Assembly: GCA_964643995.1 (NCBI GenBank) | Contig: CAZXUJ010000001.1 | Coordinates: 209,492 to 273,491, forward strand | Reading direction: 5' to 3' | Origin: an uncultured Candidatus Saccharibacteria bacterium | GTDB lineage: Bacteria > Patescibacteriota > WWE3 > UBA101185 > UBA10185 | DNA length: 64,000 nt | Part shown: positions 20,654 to 29,133 of the stretch, piece after piece | Layout of the letters: each line of letters opens with the position of its first letter | How positions within the stretch are numbered: the first letter of the stretch is position 1 | Position numbers and translations under genes: made by a program | The notes under the pieces: generated by a model | Told to the model about the DNA's origin: nothing | Databases searched by the model: none | What the model saw: the letters and a program-made list of their open reading frames with translations, nothing else

Positions 20654-21934
20654 CTACTCCACTAGTAGCTTTTCTAGCTCACTGATGTTTCTTTCTATAT
20701 TAAACTGGTTCACAGCCTGCTTGTATACAACATCCCCTAACTTCGCACGTAAATCCCTATCAAAAATGAGTTTCTCTAAAACATCAGCTAATGCCTGGGA
20801 ATCTTTTTGCGGAATAATTATGCCTGTTTGAGAGGTTACTAGATCGCCCATACTTCCGGAATCAGTTGCTACAATTGGTAGCCTAGCAAGTGCCGCTTCA
20901 ATTACCGTTGTTGGCACTCCATCTACATCTCCGGATTCTGCCACTATGAAAGGCGCAGCATAGATGTCAGCAACCTGTAGCCAACCTGCAACAATATTGT
21001 TGGGAACGTTTTTATCCTGGGTGCCTAGAATTTCAACCGTATCTAGCAATCCTTTGGAAATAATCATGTTTCGTAAATCATTGTACAGGGGCCCGCCACC
21101 ACCAATTTTTACTTGGTGACTAACACCACGACTCTTCAAAATCTCTGAAGCTTCAATTAAATATTTAATCCCTTTTTTTTCCACAAGACGTGCAATTGTA
21201 AACACTAATGGAACCTCAGGTTTTGGGGGCACATTTACAGAAAAGAATTTGCTTGGATCAATTCCGTGAAAAAGAAGTTTCACCTTACCACTGCTTTTTG
21301 TAAGATTCGCATACTTCACCACCTCTTTCCAAGTATTGCCATTACACACACTAATAAATTTAGCTTCTTTTGCCTTTGTACCTACTAAGGATCCTTCCAC
21401 AAAAACATCTTTGGCATGAGCTGAAACACTAAAAGGTACACCAAGAATCTTGGCGGCAACCATAACTATTGTGGAAGAATCAGATAAGAACTGAGAATGT
21501 ATATGATCTGTAGCAAATTTACTAAAAACTTGGGTATAGGCAATACCCTTAAGAAAATGAATAAACCTAGACTTATGGAATCTACCCAAGATACTCAGTC
21601 TGGTGCGTTCATCATTTTCGGTGTGTATGTTAAACAGATAGGGAATATTGTCTTTACCAAGTATCAGAGTGTGCACATGCCACAATCGTAGAGGATGTAA
21701 CAACACATACTTGCAAAACGCTATCAAGCAATCAGTGACAGTCAATCTTATATAATGCACCTTATCAACGAGGTTTTCTGATAATGCACCACTGCCCGGT
21801 GCTTGAGACAATATAGTGATGTCTAGGTTTCCCAACTCAACAAGTTTAGAAACCTCCCGCTCAATAAAAGTCTCAGTAAGCACCGGGAACTGAGGTACAA
21901 AATATATCAGTCTTTTTTTTATTTTATTCGCCAT
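20654..21934 (-). CDS. GT4 glycosyltransferase (WcaL-like subfamily)
   Basis: The N-terminus YFVPQFPVLTETFIEREV resembles the WcaL/AmsK-type N-terminus, and the C-terminal ESGDVDGVPTTVIEAALARLPIVATDSG region fits GT4. Confidence 0.7.
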   Translation of the reverse strand: MANKIKKRLIYFVPQFPVLTETFIEREVSKLVELGNLDITILSQAPGSGALSENLVDKVHYIRLTVTDCLIAFCKYVLLHPLRLWHVHTLILGKDNIPYLFNIHTENDERTRLSILGRFHKSRFIHFLKGIAYTQVFSKFATDHIHSQFLSDSSTIVMVAAKILGVPFSVSAHAKDVFVEGSLVGTKAKEAKFISVCNGNTWKEVVKYANLTKSSGKVKLLFHGIDPSKFFSVNVPPKPEVPLVFTIARLVEKKGIKYLIEASEILKSRGVSHQVKIGGGGPLYNDLRNMIISKGLLDTVEILGTQDKNVPNNIVAGWLQVADIYAAPFIVAESGDVDGVPTTVIEAALARLPIVATDSGSMGDLVTSQTGIIIPQKDSQALADVLEKLIFDRDLRAKLGDVVYKQAVNQFNIERNISELEKLLVE

Positions 21935-23303
21935 TCCTTAACAACGCATCCGAAAAAGAAGCTTTGGAGTCCATACCACTAATTTGCACTAGGCCATTAG
22001 TAACTTTTCCTATAGCAAAGTATGTGAAACCTGCGGACTCAACCTCTTCATGATTTAGCAAATTTCTACCATCGAATAAAACCGGCTGCTTAAGAGCCTT
22101 CTTGGCGTCTGCGAGGTTAAGCTCCTTAAACTCTTTCCACTCAGTAAGTACACAAACACCATCTGCACCATGCATTGCGTCGTAAATATCCTTCGCATAG
22201 TGAATGTTCTTATCTCCGATTTCCTTTTTGGTGTTTTCCATTGCTTGAGGATCGTAAACCCGTACATTTGCACCAAGTCCACGCAAATCCTGAACTATTT
22301 TTATGGCTGCGGATTCACGGATGTCGTCCGTATTTGCCTTGAAAGCCAAACCTAAACAAGCTATCGTCTTATCTGACATGTTTTTGCCGTAATATTTTTT
22401 CATTTTGTCGACAAAATAGTATCTTTGGCGCTCATTAACTTCCATAACTCCTCTCAGAAGTTTAAAGTCATAAGCTTGGTCAGTAGATGTTCTATACAAA
22501 GCCGCTACATCTTTAGGAAAACAACTTCCACCATAACCAATACTTACATTCAAAAAAGCATTTCCTATCCTACGGTCATAACCCATACCACGAGCAACAA
22601 CACTTACATCGGCACCCGCTCTTTCGCATAGTTGGCCTATCTCATTAATAAAAGAGATCTTTGTAGCCAAGATTGCATTGGATGAATACTTAATCATTTC
22701 TGCAGTCCTTAGATCACATTCGACAATAGGAGAAGATAAGTGTTTATATAGGTCACGCAATATACCTAAAGCTTTTGCAGAATTAGAACCAATAACCGTT
22801 CTGTCGGTATTTTGCATGTCTTTCACAGCAGTGCCCTCTGCCAAAAATTCAGGGTTTGAGGCAACATCAAACTGGACATGTTCAGGGGCATGCTCCTTAA
22901 CAATCGTACGGACACGTTCATTAGTACCTACAGGGACAGTACTCTTCGTGACAATAACTTTGTAATCAGTGATATGCTGGCCAATTTCTTTTGCTACCTG
23001 CCAAACATATCTGAGGTCAGCACGACCATCATCACCTTGAGGTGTACCAACACATATGAACACTATTTCAGCCTCTTTGATACCTTTGGCTAAACTAGTT
23101 GTAAAGGAAAGTCGCTGATTCTTGATGTTTCTCATAACTACTTCATCAAGACCTGGCTCATAAATGGGCATCACACCGCTCTCGATCATCTTCACTTTGG
23201 ACTCGTCAATATCAACTCCCACTACATGATTGCCCCATTCAGCCATCATAGCTGCGCCAACTAACCCTACGTAACCTGTACCAATTACACAGATGTTTTT
23301 CAT
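21924..23303 (-). CDS. ugd: UDP-glucose/GDP-mannose dehydrogenase family (UDP-glucose 6-dehydrogenase-like)
   Basis: MKNICVIGTGYVGLVGAAMMAEWG is the NAD-binding N-terminus, and GGSCFPKD contains the catalytic Cys. The C-terminal UDP-binding domain is present. Substrate specificity is not resolvable from sequence. Confidence 0.85.
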   Translation of the reverse strand: MKNICVIGTGYVGLVGAAMMAEWGNHVVGVDIDESKVKMIESGVMPIYEPGLDEVVMRNIKNQRLSFTTSLAKGIKEAEIVFICVGTPQGDDGRADLRYVWQVAKEIGQHITDYKVIVTKSTVPVGTNERVRTIVKEHAPEHVQFDVASNPEFLAEGTAVKDMQNTDRTVIGSNSAKALGILRDLYKHLSSPIVECDLRTAEMIKYSSNAILATKISFINEIGQLCERAGADVSVVARGMGYDRRIGNAFLNVSIGYGGSCFPKDVAALYRTSTDQAYDFKLLRGVMEVNERQRYYFVDKMKKYYGKNMSDKTIACLGLAFKANTDDIRESAAIKIVQDLRGLGANVRVYDPQAMENTKKEIGDKNIHYAKDIYDAMHGADGVCVLTEWKEFKELNLADAKKALKQPVLFDGRNLLNHEEVESAGFTYFAIGKVTNGLVQISGMDSKASFSDALLRNGE

Positions 23304-24049
23304 TTGTATGCTCCTTTCAAGCTATAAATACGTACTTTCAAGACATCTCGGGCCATACGAAGAGAATTTAGAAACAACGCGCGGCCACCGTGTCCAACAT
23401 AATTCCATACAACGGGCAATTCCTTTATTTTATATCCTTTCCTTTTAGCAATGAACAAAACCTCAACATCAAATGCCCCAAAAAAAGCTTGAGTAAGTTC
23501 ACCAGGAGAATCTTTGTAAACTACTAATTTACTAAACACTTCCTTAGCCACTTCTTTTTTAAATAGTTTAAAACCACATTGAGTGTCGTTAATACCGGGT
23601 AACGCTAAAAACTGAATCCAATAATTGAAGATACGCCCCATAAAGTGTCTGTAGAAAGGCTCATTTAACCTAACAGATCCAGTACCCTCGCGAGATCCAA
23701 TCACAATATCGTAACCATGTTCGTTTATCCATACAACCATCTTTTTCAATTCTGTAATAGGGGTAGACAGATCCGCATCGCACATATATATAAGAGCCCC
23801 TGAAGCATTTTTTATACCCGCAGTGACGGCGGCACCTTTTCCTTTATGAATGTTCTCTATCAACGTGACTTCGGAATTTACCTTCGAATAAGACGCAACT
23901 AGGGAAGAAGTTTCATCAACACTACCATCGTCAACAACTATTATTTCGAATGACTTGGAATACTCACGCATAAACCCAAGTATCTTCGTCAAAGTGCTCG
24001 TAATTTTATCTGATTCATTATAAGTTGGAACAACAATAGAATATTCCAT
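23300..24049 (-). CDS. GT2 glycosyltransferase, Dpm1/GtrB-like
   Basis: YSIVVPTYNESDKI, VVDDGSVDET and CDADLSTP (DxD) are present. The ORF is 249 aa. Confidence 0.75.
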   Translation of the reverse strand: MEYSIVVPTYNESDKITSTLTKILGFMREYSKSFEIIVVDDGSVDETSSLVASYSKVNSEVTLIENIHKGKGAAVTAGIKNASGALIYMCDADLSTPITELKKMVVWINEHGYDIVIGSREGTGSVRLNEPFYRHFMGRIFNYWIQFLALPGINDTQCGFKLFKKEVAKEVFSKLVVYKDSPGELTQAFFGAFDVEVLFIAKRKGYKIKELPVVWNYVGHGGRALFLNSLRMARDVLKVRIYSLKGAYK

Positions 24050-24058
24050 GCTGAAATA

Positions 24059-25234
24059 TTATACACCAACCTTTTCAGGTGGTTTGTCCTTCCAAATAAT
24101 TTTGCTATATACCGTAAAGTTCCATATAAGCCCAACGAATATACCAAAGAAAAAGGCTGCATTGTTAATAATGAAGGTATCGCCAAAACGCTCAATGGAA
24201 TACTTGACCAACCAACTTCTAAAAAGTATTGGGGCATACGAAAACAAGTAGTAAACAATAATACTTACTGCAAGACCAGCGCCTGTTTGCACTTTACGAT
24301 CACTAAAGGTCCACCTATTGTTTAACAGATAGGTAATAAACATAGCAATGAAACCAGATACAAGGCTTGCAAAGCTTCCCACTGGTACTGGCGCAGAATT
24401 GATTTGTACAACGCCGACCACACCAAGAAAAACAACAAGGTTAAAAATAAACGTATCTACAGCAAAGCCAATAGAACCAACGACCAAAAAAATCAAAAAA
24501 CTTTTTGATTGAGCCGCTCTAAGTTTTATAACAAGTAGTAAGGAGTCCAAAAAATTAGACATTTCCATTTTTGAGGAGCCCCTGTCACGTAAACCAAAAG
24601 TTATAGGGATTTCGGTTATTTTAGCCCCCATCAGGTACATTTTGTATAAAAGTTCAATTTTATATGCGAATCCATTAGAGGCTATTGCTCCAAGATCAAT
24701 TTTTTCAAGAAAACCCTTCACCCTAGTAGCTTTGAAACCTGACGTATAGTCATTTATTGTACGAATACCTAACACAATTTTTGCAAAAACACTGCCATAC
24801 TTACTTAAGATTTTTCTGTATAGTGACCATTCGTTGGGGATACTCCCTCCTGCGGTAAATCTCGACCCAATAACATAGTCACTGCCTTTATCGATTTCTG
24901 CAATAAGGCGCAAGACATCGTCCGGACTATGCTGCATGTCGCCATCCATTTCAACCACAACATCAGCATCCATCACGTTCATCGCGTACTTAAATCCAAA
25001 CATATATGCAGCACCGAGACCCTGTTTTTTTTCTTCGAGCAAAAGTTTGATGTTTGAATTCTTTTTTGACTTCTGTTCTACGATCTGCCCTGTACCATCG
25101 GGAGAATTTGCATCAACTACCAAAACAAAAAAGTCATGTTTTAGCATTTTTCTAGAGGCATCAGTAATGCCGTCCAAAACACGTCCAATATTTTCGACCT
25201 CGTTATAAGTTGGTATCGTAACGACAACTTTCAT
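24059..25234 (-). CDS. Polyprenol-phosphate sugar synthase: GT2 catalytic domain fused to a GtrA-like C-terminal membrane domain
   Basis: The N-terminal domain has VVVTIPTYNEVENI and EMDGDMQHSPDD (Dpm1-type DxD). The C-terminal 120 aa form a 4-TM segment with the NNRWTFSD signature of the GtrA family. The start was moved to Met8 at 25234 (ORF track gives 25255). Confidence 0.8.
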   Translation of the reverse strand: MKVVVTIPTYNEVENIGRVLDGITDASRKMLKHDFFVLVVDANSPDGTGQIVEQKSKKNSNIKLLLEEKKQGLGAAYMFGFKYAMNVMDADVVVEMDGDMQHSPDDVLRLIAEIDKGSDYVIGSRFTAGGSIPNEWSLYRKILSKYGSVFAKIVLGIRTINDYTSGFKATRVKGFLEKIDLGAIASNGFAYKIELLYKMYLMGAKITEIPITFGLRDRGSSKMEMSNFLDSLLLVIKLRAAQSKSFLIFLVVGSIGFAVDTFIFNLVVFLGVVGVVQINSAPVPVGSFASLVSGFIAMFITYLLNNRWTFSDRKVQTGAGLAVSIIVYYLFSYAPILFRSWLVKYSIERFGDTFIINNAAFFFGIFVGLIWNFTVYSKIIWKDKPPEKVGV

Positions 25235-25284
25235 GTCATATAGTTTAGCGCACACTCAGGATATTTCATAACGGGTAAGTTACA

Positions 25285-25536
25285 TTAGAGGTTTAACACA
25301 GTCAAAAGTAAGACGACAGTAAAGGTCGTAAATGACACGTACTCAAGAACAACCAGTCTAGATAATCTGTTTTCAAAATAATGATGTAACAATCCCCAAG
25401 TACAATAAAAGATACTCACAGAAACAACAAAGATGTTTTCGAAATATACATTGTATCTGAACAAAACAAAAAGTAAAAAAAATAATGCGAAGCCTAGAAA
25501 TAAAACTACGTAGTGAGTAATATGATGATCCCGCAT
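25285..25536 (-). CDS. Small hydrophobic membrane protein (83 aa), hypothetical
   Basis: It has two or three predicted TM helices. Its start overlaps the stop of the upstream CAP-domain gene as TAATG, suggesting translational coupling. No homology was recognised. Confidence 0.35.
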   Translation of the reverse strand: MRDHHITHYVVLFLGFALFFLLFVLFRYNVYFENIFVVSVSIFYCTWGLLHHYFENRLSRLVVLEYVSFTTFTVVLLLTVLNL

Positions 25537-26549
25537 TATAGTATCCTTCCAGGGCTAAGAAATATCCAAACACTACCCAAAACAAAAATTAAGAATCCCA
25601 AGTGTGCAAGTGTATGGCCAGTTATTCTTGGTAAAGACTTCTTTTTGGAATACCAAACATCGAGAAGTAACAATGTTCCAATAAAAACGATAAAGGATAA
25701 AAGTATTACATGGGATAACTTTGTCATATCGATAAATATCGAAGGCTTGTAAGACAGTGTGGTGGAGCTTAACACAGTATTTGATGGATTAGGCGAAGTT
25801 TCCTCTAAATTCAAGGGTAAAATCTGAGAATCAGTGGCCTTAGAATCGGTGAGATCTGTTGCCGGAACACCTTGAAAAGCTTCATCGTTGTAGGCAGTAT
25901 TTGACTGAACAGCAGCACGAGATTTACCAAACATTTGGACGACTAATGTTGTGTCGTAACCCTCAAGATTACCATTCACAACTGCAAAACCAATTTCCTC
26001 ATAATTTGGATTCAATAAATTTTCCCTATGCGAGGGCGAGTTATACCAGGCAACAACTACTTCTTCGGAACCATTAAAGTTTTTGGCTAGATTTTCGCCT
26101 GCATACGAGTAATCGTAACCCTCCTTCAGAATAAAATCCCATGGCTCCTTTCCTGATGGTGAGACATGTGCCCAGTAGTCCTCCTCAAACATACTTTGAG
26201 CCTTATTATATGCAGCCTGAGATAAAGCACTATTGATTTTCAGAGCACCCAAACCATTTTGGGAGCGGATGTTGTTTGTCTCAGAAAGCAATTCATCAGT
26301 ATGTATATCAGAAGCGTAACCCAACACACCTGGCATAAGAACGGGAATAATTCGCACTAATGAAAAAACTAGCAATAATATTACAGAGTAGAATAGAAAA
26401 GCATGGTGAGACAACAAATAGGTACGAGTTTTACGCGTCGGGTGAGGCAAAAAATGATAAATAAATTGATATTTTTCAGCTGGATTATTGTACGGCAGGA
26501 CATGCATCTTAATGATTATAACATTCATAATTGCAATTTCATTTGACAA
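25536..26549 (-). CDS. CAP/SCP/PR-1 domain protein with N- and C-terminal TM anchors
   Basis: The central YSYAGENLAKNFNGSEEVVVAWYNSPSHRENLLNPNYEEIGFAV is the CAP-domain signature HxxNxL. It is flanked by an N-terminal TM helix, a Ser/Thr-rich linker and a C-terminal TM pair. The ORF-track start is TTG; ATG alternatives exist at 26528 and 26507. Confidence 0.65.
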   Translation of the reverse strand: MSNEIAIMNVIIIKMHVLPYNNPAEKYQFIYHFLPHPTRKTRTYLLSHHAFLFYSVILLLVFSLVRIIPVLMPGVLGYASDIHTDELLSETNNIRSQNGLGALKINSALSQAAYNKAQSMFEEDYWAHVSPSGKEPWDFILKEGYDYSYAGENLAKNFNGSEEVVVAWYNSPSHRENLLNPNYEEIGFAVVNGNLEGYDTTLVVQMFGKSRAAVQSNTAYNDEAFQGVPATDLTDSKATDSQILPLNLEETSPNPSNTVLSSTTLSYKPSIFIDMTKLSHVILLSFIVFIGTLLLLDVWYSKKKSLPRITGHTLAHLGFLIFVLGSVWIFLSPGRIL

Positions 26550-26601
26550 TTATCACTATTCATACAGTATACTTATCACTAAAGCATCTACAAATGCGGT
26601 T

Positions 26602-27021
26602 ATGAACATGACTAATAATCTTACAGAAGTAAAATTTGGCGACCATCTAGTATTTGATGCCTACGGCTGCCCTTTTGAGACGTTAAATAGTCGTGAAACC
26701 TGCCTTGAAATCCTAGAAAACATAGTGAGACTTGCAAACATGCATAAGCTGATCGAACCATATATCATTGAGGCTACCTCAAATGAGGTATTAGGCGGTA
26801 AAGATCCAGGAGGATTTAGTGGGTTTGTCCTTATTCAAGAGTCGCATGTTAGTGTACACACCTTTGCGAAAAGAGGCTTTGTAACACTAGATGTATACTC
26901 ATGCAAAGATTTTGAAACTAATGAAATAGTGAAATACCTTCTCAAGGCTTTTCAACCTAAGGATTATAACATTTTGAACTTCGAAAGAGGTATGAAATAC
27001 CCTGTCGACAACATTTACTAA
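26602..27021 (+). CDS. speH: S-adenosylmethionine decarboxylase proenzyme, small (SpeH/SpeD class 1b) type
   Basis: LIQESHVSVHTFAKRGFVTLDVYSCKDF aligns with the bacterial SpeD core [25 protein letters not shown], including the self-processing Glu-Ser site. The start is set at the internal Met (MNMTNN). The ORF-track start at 26488 would overlap the divergent gene. Confidence 0.75.
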   Translation: MNMTNNLTEVKFGDHLVFDAYGCPFETLNSRETCLEILENIVRLANMHKLIEPYIIEATSNEVLGGKDPGGFSGFVLIQESHVSVHTFAKRGFVTLDVYSCKDFETNEIVKYLLKAFQPKDYNILNFERGMKYPVDNIY

Positions 27022-27024
27022 AAC

Positions 27025-27957
27025 ATGCAGTCTTGTATTCTATTAGTTTCAATTTCTGCCCTAATGTCAGCATTAGTGAACCATACTGACAAATATCTGA
27101 TCGAAAAGTACTTGTCTGGGCGCGGGATTGGTTCACTGATGATATTCTCCACAATTGCTGGAATTCCATTCGCAGTTCTAATAGCGCTAGTAACACCAGA
27201 ATTGTTCACACTTTCAATAGCACACATTCTATTAATTATTCTGAACGGATTTCTAGTTGGTTTAGCGCTCATACCATATCTCTATGCACTTGAATCTTCC
27301 GAAGCATCTATTGTTGCCCCATTGTTCCAACTGTCATCAATATTCGCGCTGATACTTGGCTTCACAGTTTTAGGTGAAACACTAGAACTAAGACAAATCG
27401 TTGGCGGATGCATAATATTACTCAGTGCCGTTGGGTTAACTCTAAAACTTCCGGAAAAGACCGAGATGAAAAAGGTAAAACTTCATATTAAACCATTTGT
27501 ATTAATGCTTACTTCCTCTTTCATCTTTGCACTTAACCTTACCATCTTTAAAGTAGTGGCAATTGAGAGCAGTTTCCTTGTTACAAGTTTTTGGGAAGCC
27601 GTAGGACTCTCACTCTTAAGTATCACTTTGGTGATCTCTATTGCCACTTATCGTAAAGAGTTTATCAGAGTGCTGAAAACTAACCGAAGAACTATGATTG
27701 GCGTAAACATCTTTAACGAATTAATTAATTATGTGGGCAGATTCGCTTTGAATTATGCAGCCTTACTCGCAAGTATTGGGATGGTTTCTTTTGTTGTGGA
27801 AGGTATTCAACCAGTCTTTGTACTCGTAACGGGAATAGTACTTACATTGTTTTTTCCAAGACTAGCTAGAGAAGATATTTCAACAAAAGCATTAGCTCAA
27901 AAAATTTCGTTTATTGGTGGCATTATTATAGGTACCTACTTTATTTCTAAACCCTGA
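27025..27957 (+). CDS. DMT superfamily (EamA-like) transporter
   Basis: The 310 aa protein has 10 predicted TM helices in two 5-TM halves. It begins 3 nt after speH and is co-directional with it. Confidence 0.55.
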   Translation: MQSCILLVSISALMSALVNHTDKYLIEKYLSGRGIGSLMIFSTIAGIPFAVLIALVTPELFTLSIAHILLIILNGFLVGLALIPYLYALESSEASIVAPLFQLSSIFALILGFTVLGETLELRQIVGGCIILLSAVGLTLKLPEKTEMKKVKLHIKPFVLMLTSSFIFALNLTIFKVVAIESSFLVTSFWEAVGLSLLSITLVISIATYRKEFIRVLKTNRRTMIGVNIFNELINYVGRFALNYAALLASIGMVSFVVEGIQPVFVLVTGIVLTLFFPRLAREDISTKALAQKISFIGGIIIGTYFISKP

Positions 27958-28232
27958 AGAATAGAGGGTAATTCGTCTCTTGAAAAAGGCAAGTGCTCCT
28001 TGGACATTACCTCCATACTTAAACTAACCGAGGCATCCCCAAATATTTTCTTATATATGGTCACTACAGAACCTAACACTTCTCGGGGGTCACCTGTGAT
28101 ATGAATATTATCGATGTTATCTGACATACTTAACCCCAATGCCTGTTTCGCCAGGACAACTGCAAGTGGTCCTATAACCTGCTGTTGAGCAGAAACAATT
28201 TTATTAATTGCTAGATTATACTTTTCGTTCAT
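27936..28232 (-). CDS. Hypothetical protein (98 aa), soluble
   Basis: The intact ORF starts 2 nt after the upstream membrane gene. No family was recognised. Confidence 0.4.
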   Translation of the reverse strand: MNEKYNLAINKIVSAQQQVIGPLAVVLAKQALGLSMSDNIDNIHITGDPREVLGSVVTIYKKIFGDASVSLSMEVMSKEHLPFSRDELPSILQGLEIK

Positions 28233-28234
28233 TC

Positions 28235-29065
28235 TTACTTTGCATCATTGATATCGATAAGCGATAAGAATGCAGTTTCAATGTCTACCATCGCGATAAA
28301 AAGCGTGAAGTATGAAATCAGATACATGAAGTCATTCACACCTCCAGCTGTCCAAGTATCACGATTAAATTGATATAAAAACGTAAAGTCGCTTATATAT
28401 TGAAAGAGCAGTGCTACGAGAAGCAACCATACACGCTTCTTCATTACGCCACCAAGCATTTTTCTTGATAATAATGCTACTATCAACGCCATTGAAACAT
28501 AAACCGCCTGACCCAACGGGTAGCCAAAATCCAAAAATACAACTAACAGTGGAACTTCAGAAAAATCGTAACCATTGAGAAAAAACTGATAAGACACGAT
28601 TAGGAGAAGAGTTACAACTAAAACCGACAATAGTACATAGATTTTGGAACGTAAAACATATTTCACCCCAGATGCCAGAGCTAAATACCAAACACCTAAG
28701 ATATAAAGTGGGATACTCCCGAAAAATCCGATATCGCCAATAGAAGGATACGGGGCACTTATTCCAAACACCAAATAATAAATGGAGTAAACTGCTTGAC
28801 CGAACCCCTGTGCAAGTAACCCAAGTGACAGAAAGATTATGGCTTTGCCAAAAACACTCGAGAAGTAGCCCCACCTTTTAGACATATACAAACCATAAAC
28901 GCCTGCAAACAAAGTAACCATACCATATGTATCAGCATAAAGTTCAAGTAAATACGCGGAATGAGAATATTGAACAATAAACCATGAGAAAAGAAAGAAG
29001 GAAAATACTAAGCTCACTAGAATTAAGTAAGGGTTTCTATTTATGGTCGAAGCTATGTTTTTCAT
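28235..29065 (-). CDS. Hypothetical polytopic membrane protein (276 aa)
   Basis: It has about 8 TM helices and is first in a two-gene minus-strand unit. No family was recognised. Confidence 0.5.
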   Translation of the reverse strand: MKNIASTINRNPYLILVSLVFSFFLFSWFIVQYSHSAYLLELYADTYGMVTLFAGVYGLYMSKRWGYFSSVFGKAIIFLSLGLLAQGFGQAVYSIYYLVFGISAPYPSIGDIGFFGSIPLYILGVWYLALASGVKYVLRSKIYVLLSVLVVTLLLIVSYQFFLNGYDFSEVPLLVVFLDFGYPLGQAVYVSMALIVALLSRKMLGGVMKKRVWLLLVALLFQYISDFTFLYQFNRDTWTAGGVNDFMYLISYFTLFIAMVDIETAFLSLIDINDAK

Positions 29066-29133
29066 TCTAGGCTCAATTGAGTATAATCAAGTATGTTTAA
29101 ATTATAGCAAAAGTTTTTCAAAATGATAACGTC

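Noticed and set aside
23989-24258. 89-aa minus-strand ORF spanning the junction of the two GT2 genes
   Set aside because: It is out of frame with both flanking, well-supported GT2 genes.
25373-25585. 70-aa minus-strand ORF overlapping the 3' end of the CAP-domain gene
   Set aside because: It is out of frame with and overlaps a supported CDS. The adjacent 25285..25536 ORF, with TAATG coupling, is the better candidate.
26488-26601. N-terminal 38-codon extension of the speH ORF (MYGRTCILMIITFIIAISF...)
   Set aside because: It overlaps the 5' end of the divergent CAP-domain gene and the shared promoter region. SpeD homologs start at the downstream Met (MNMTNN.., 26602).
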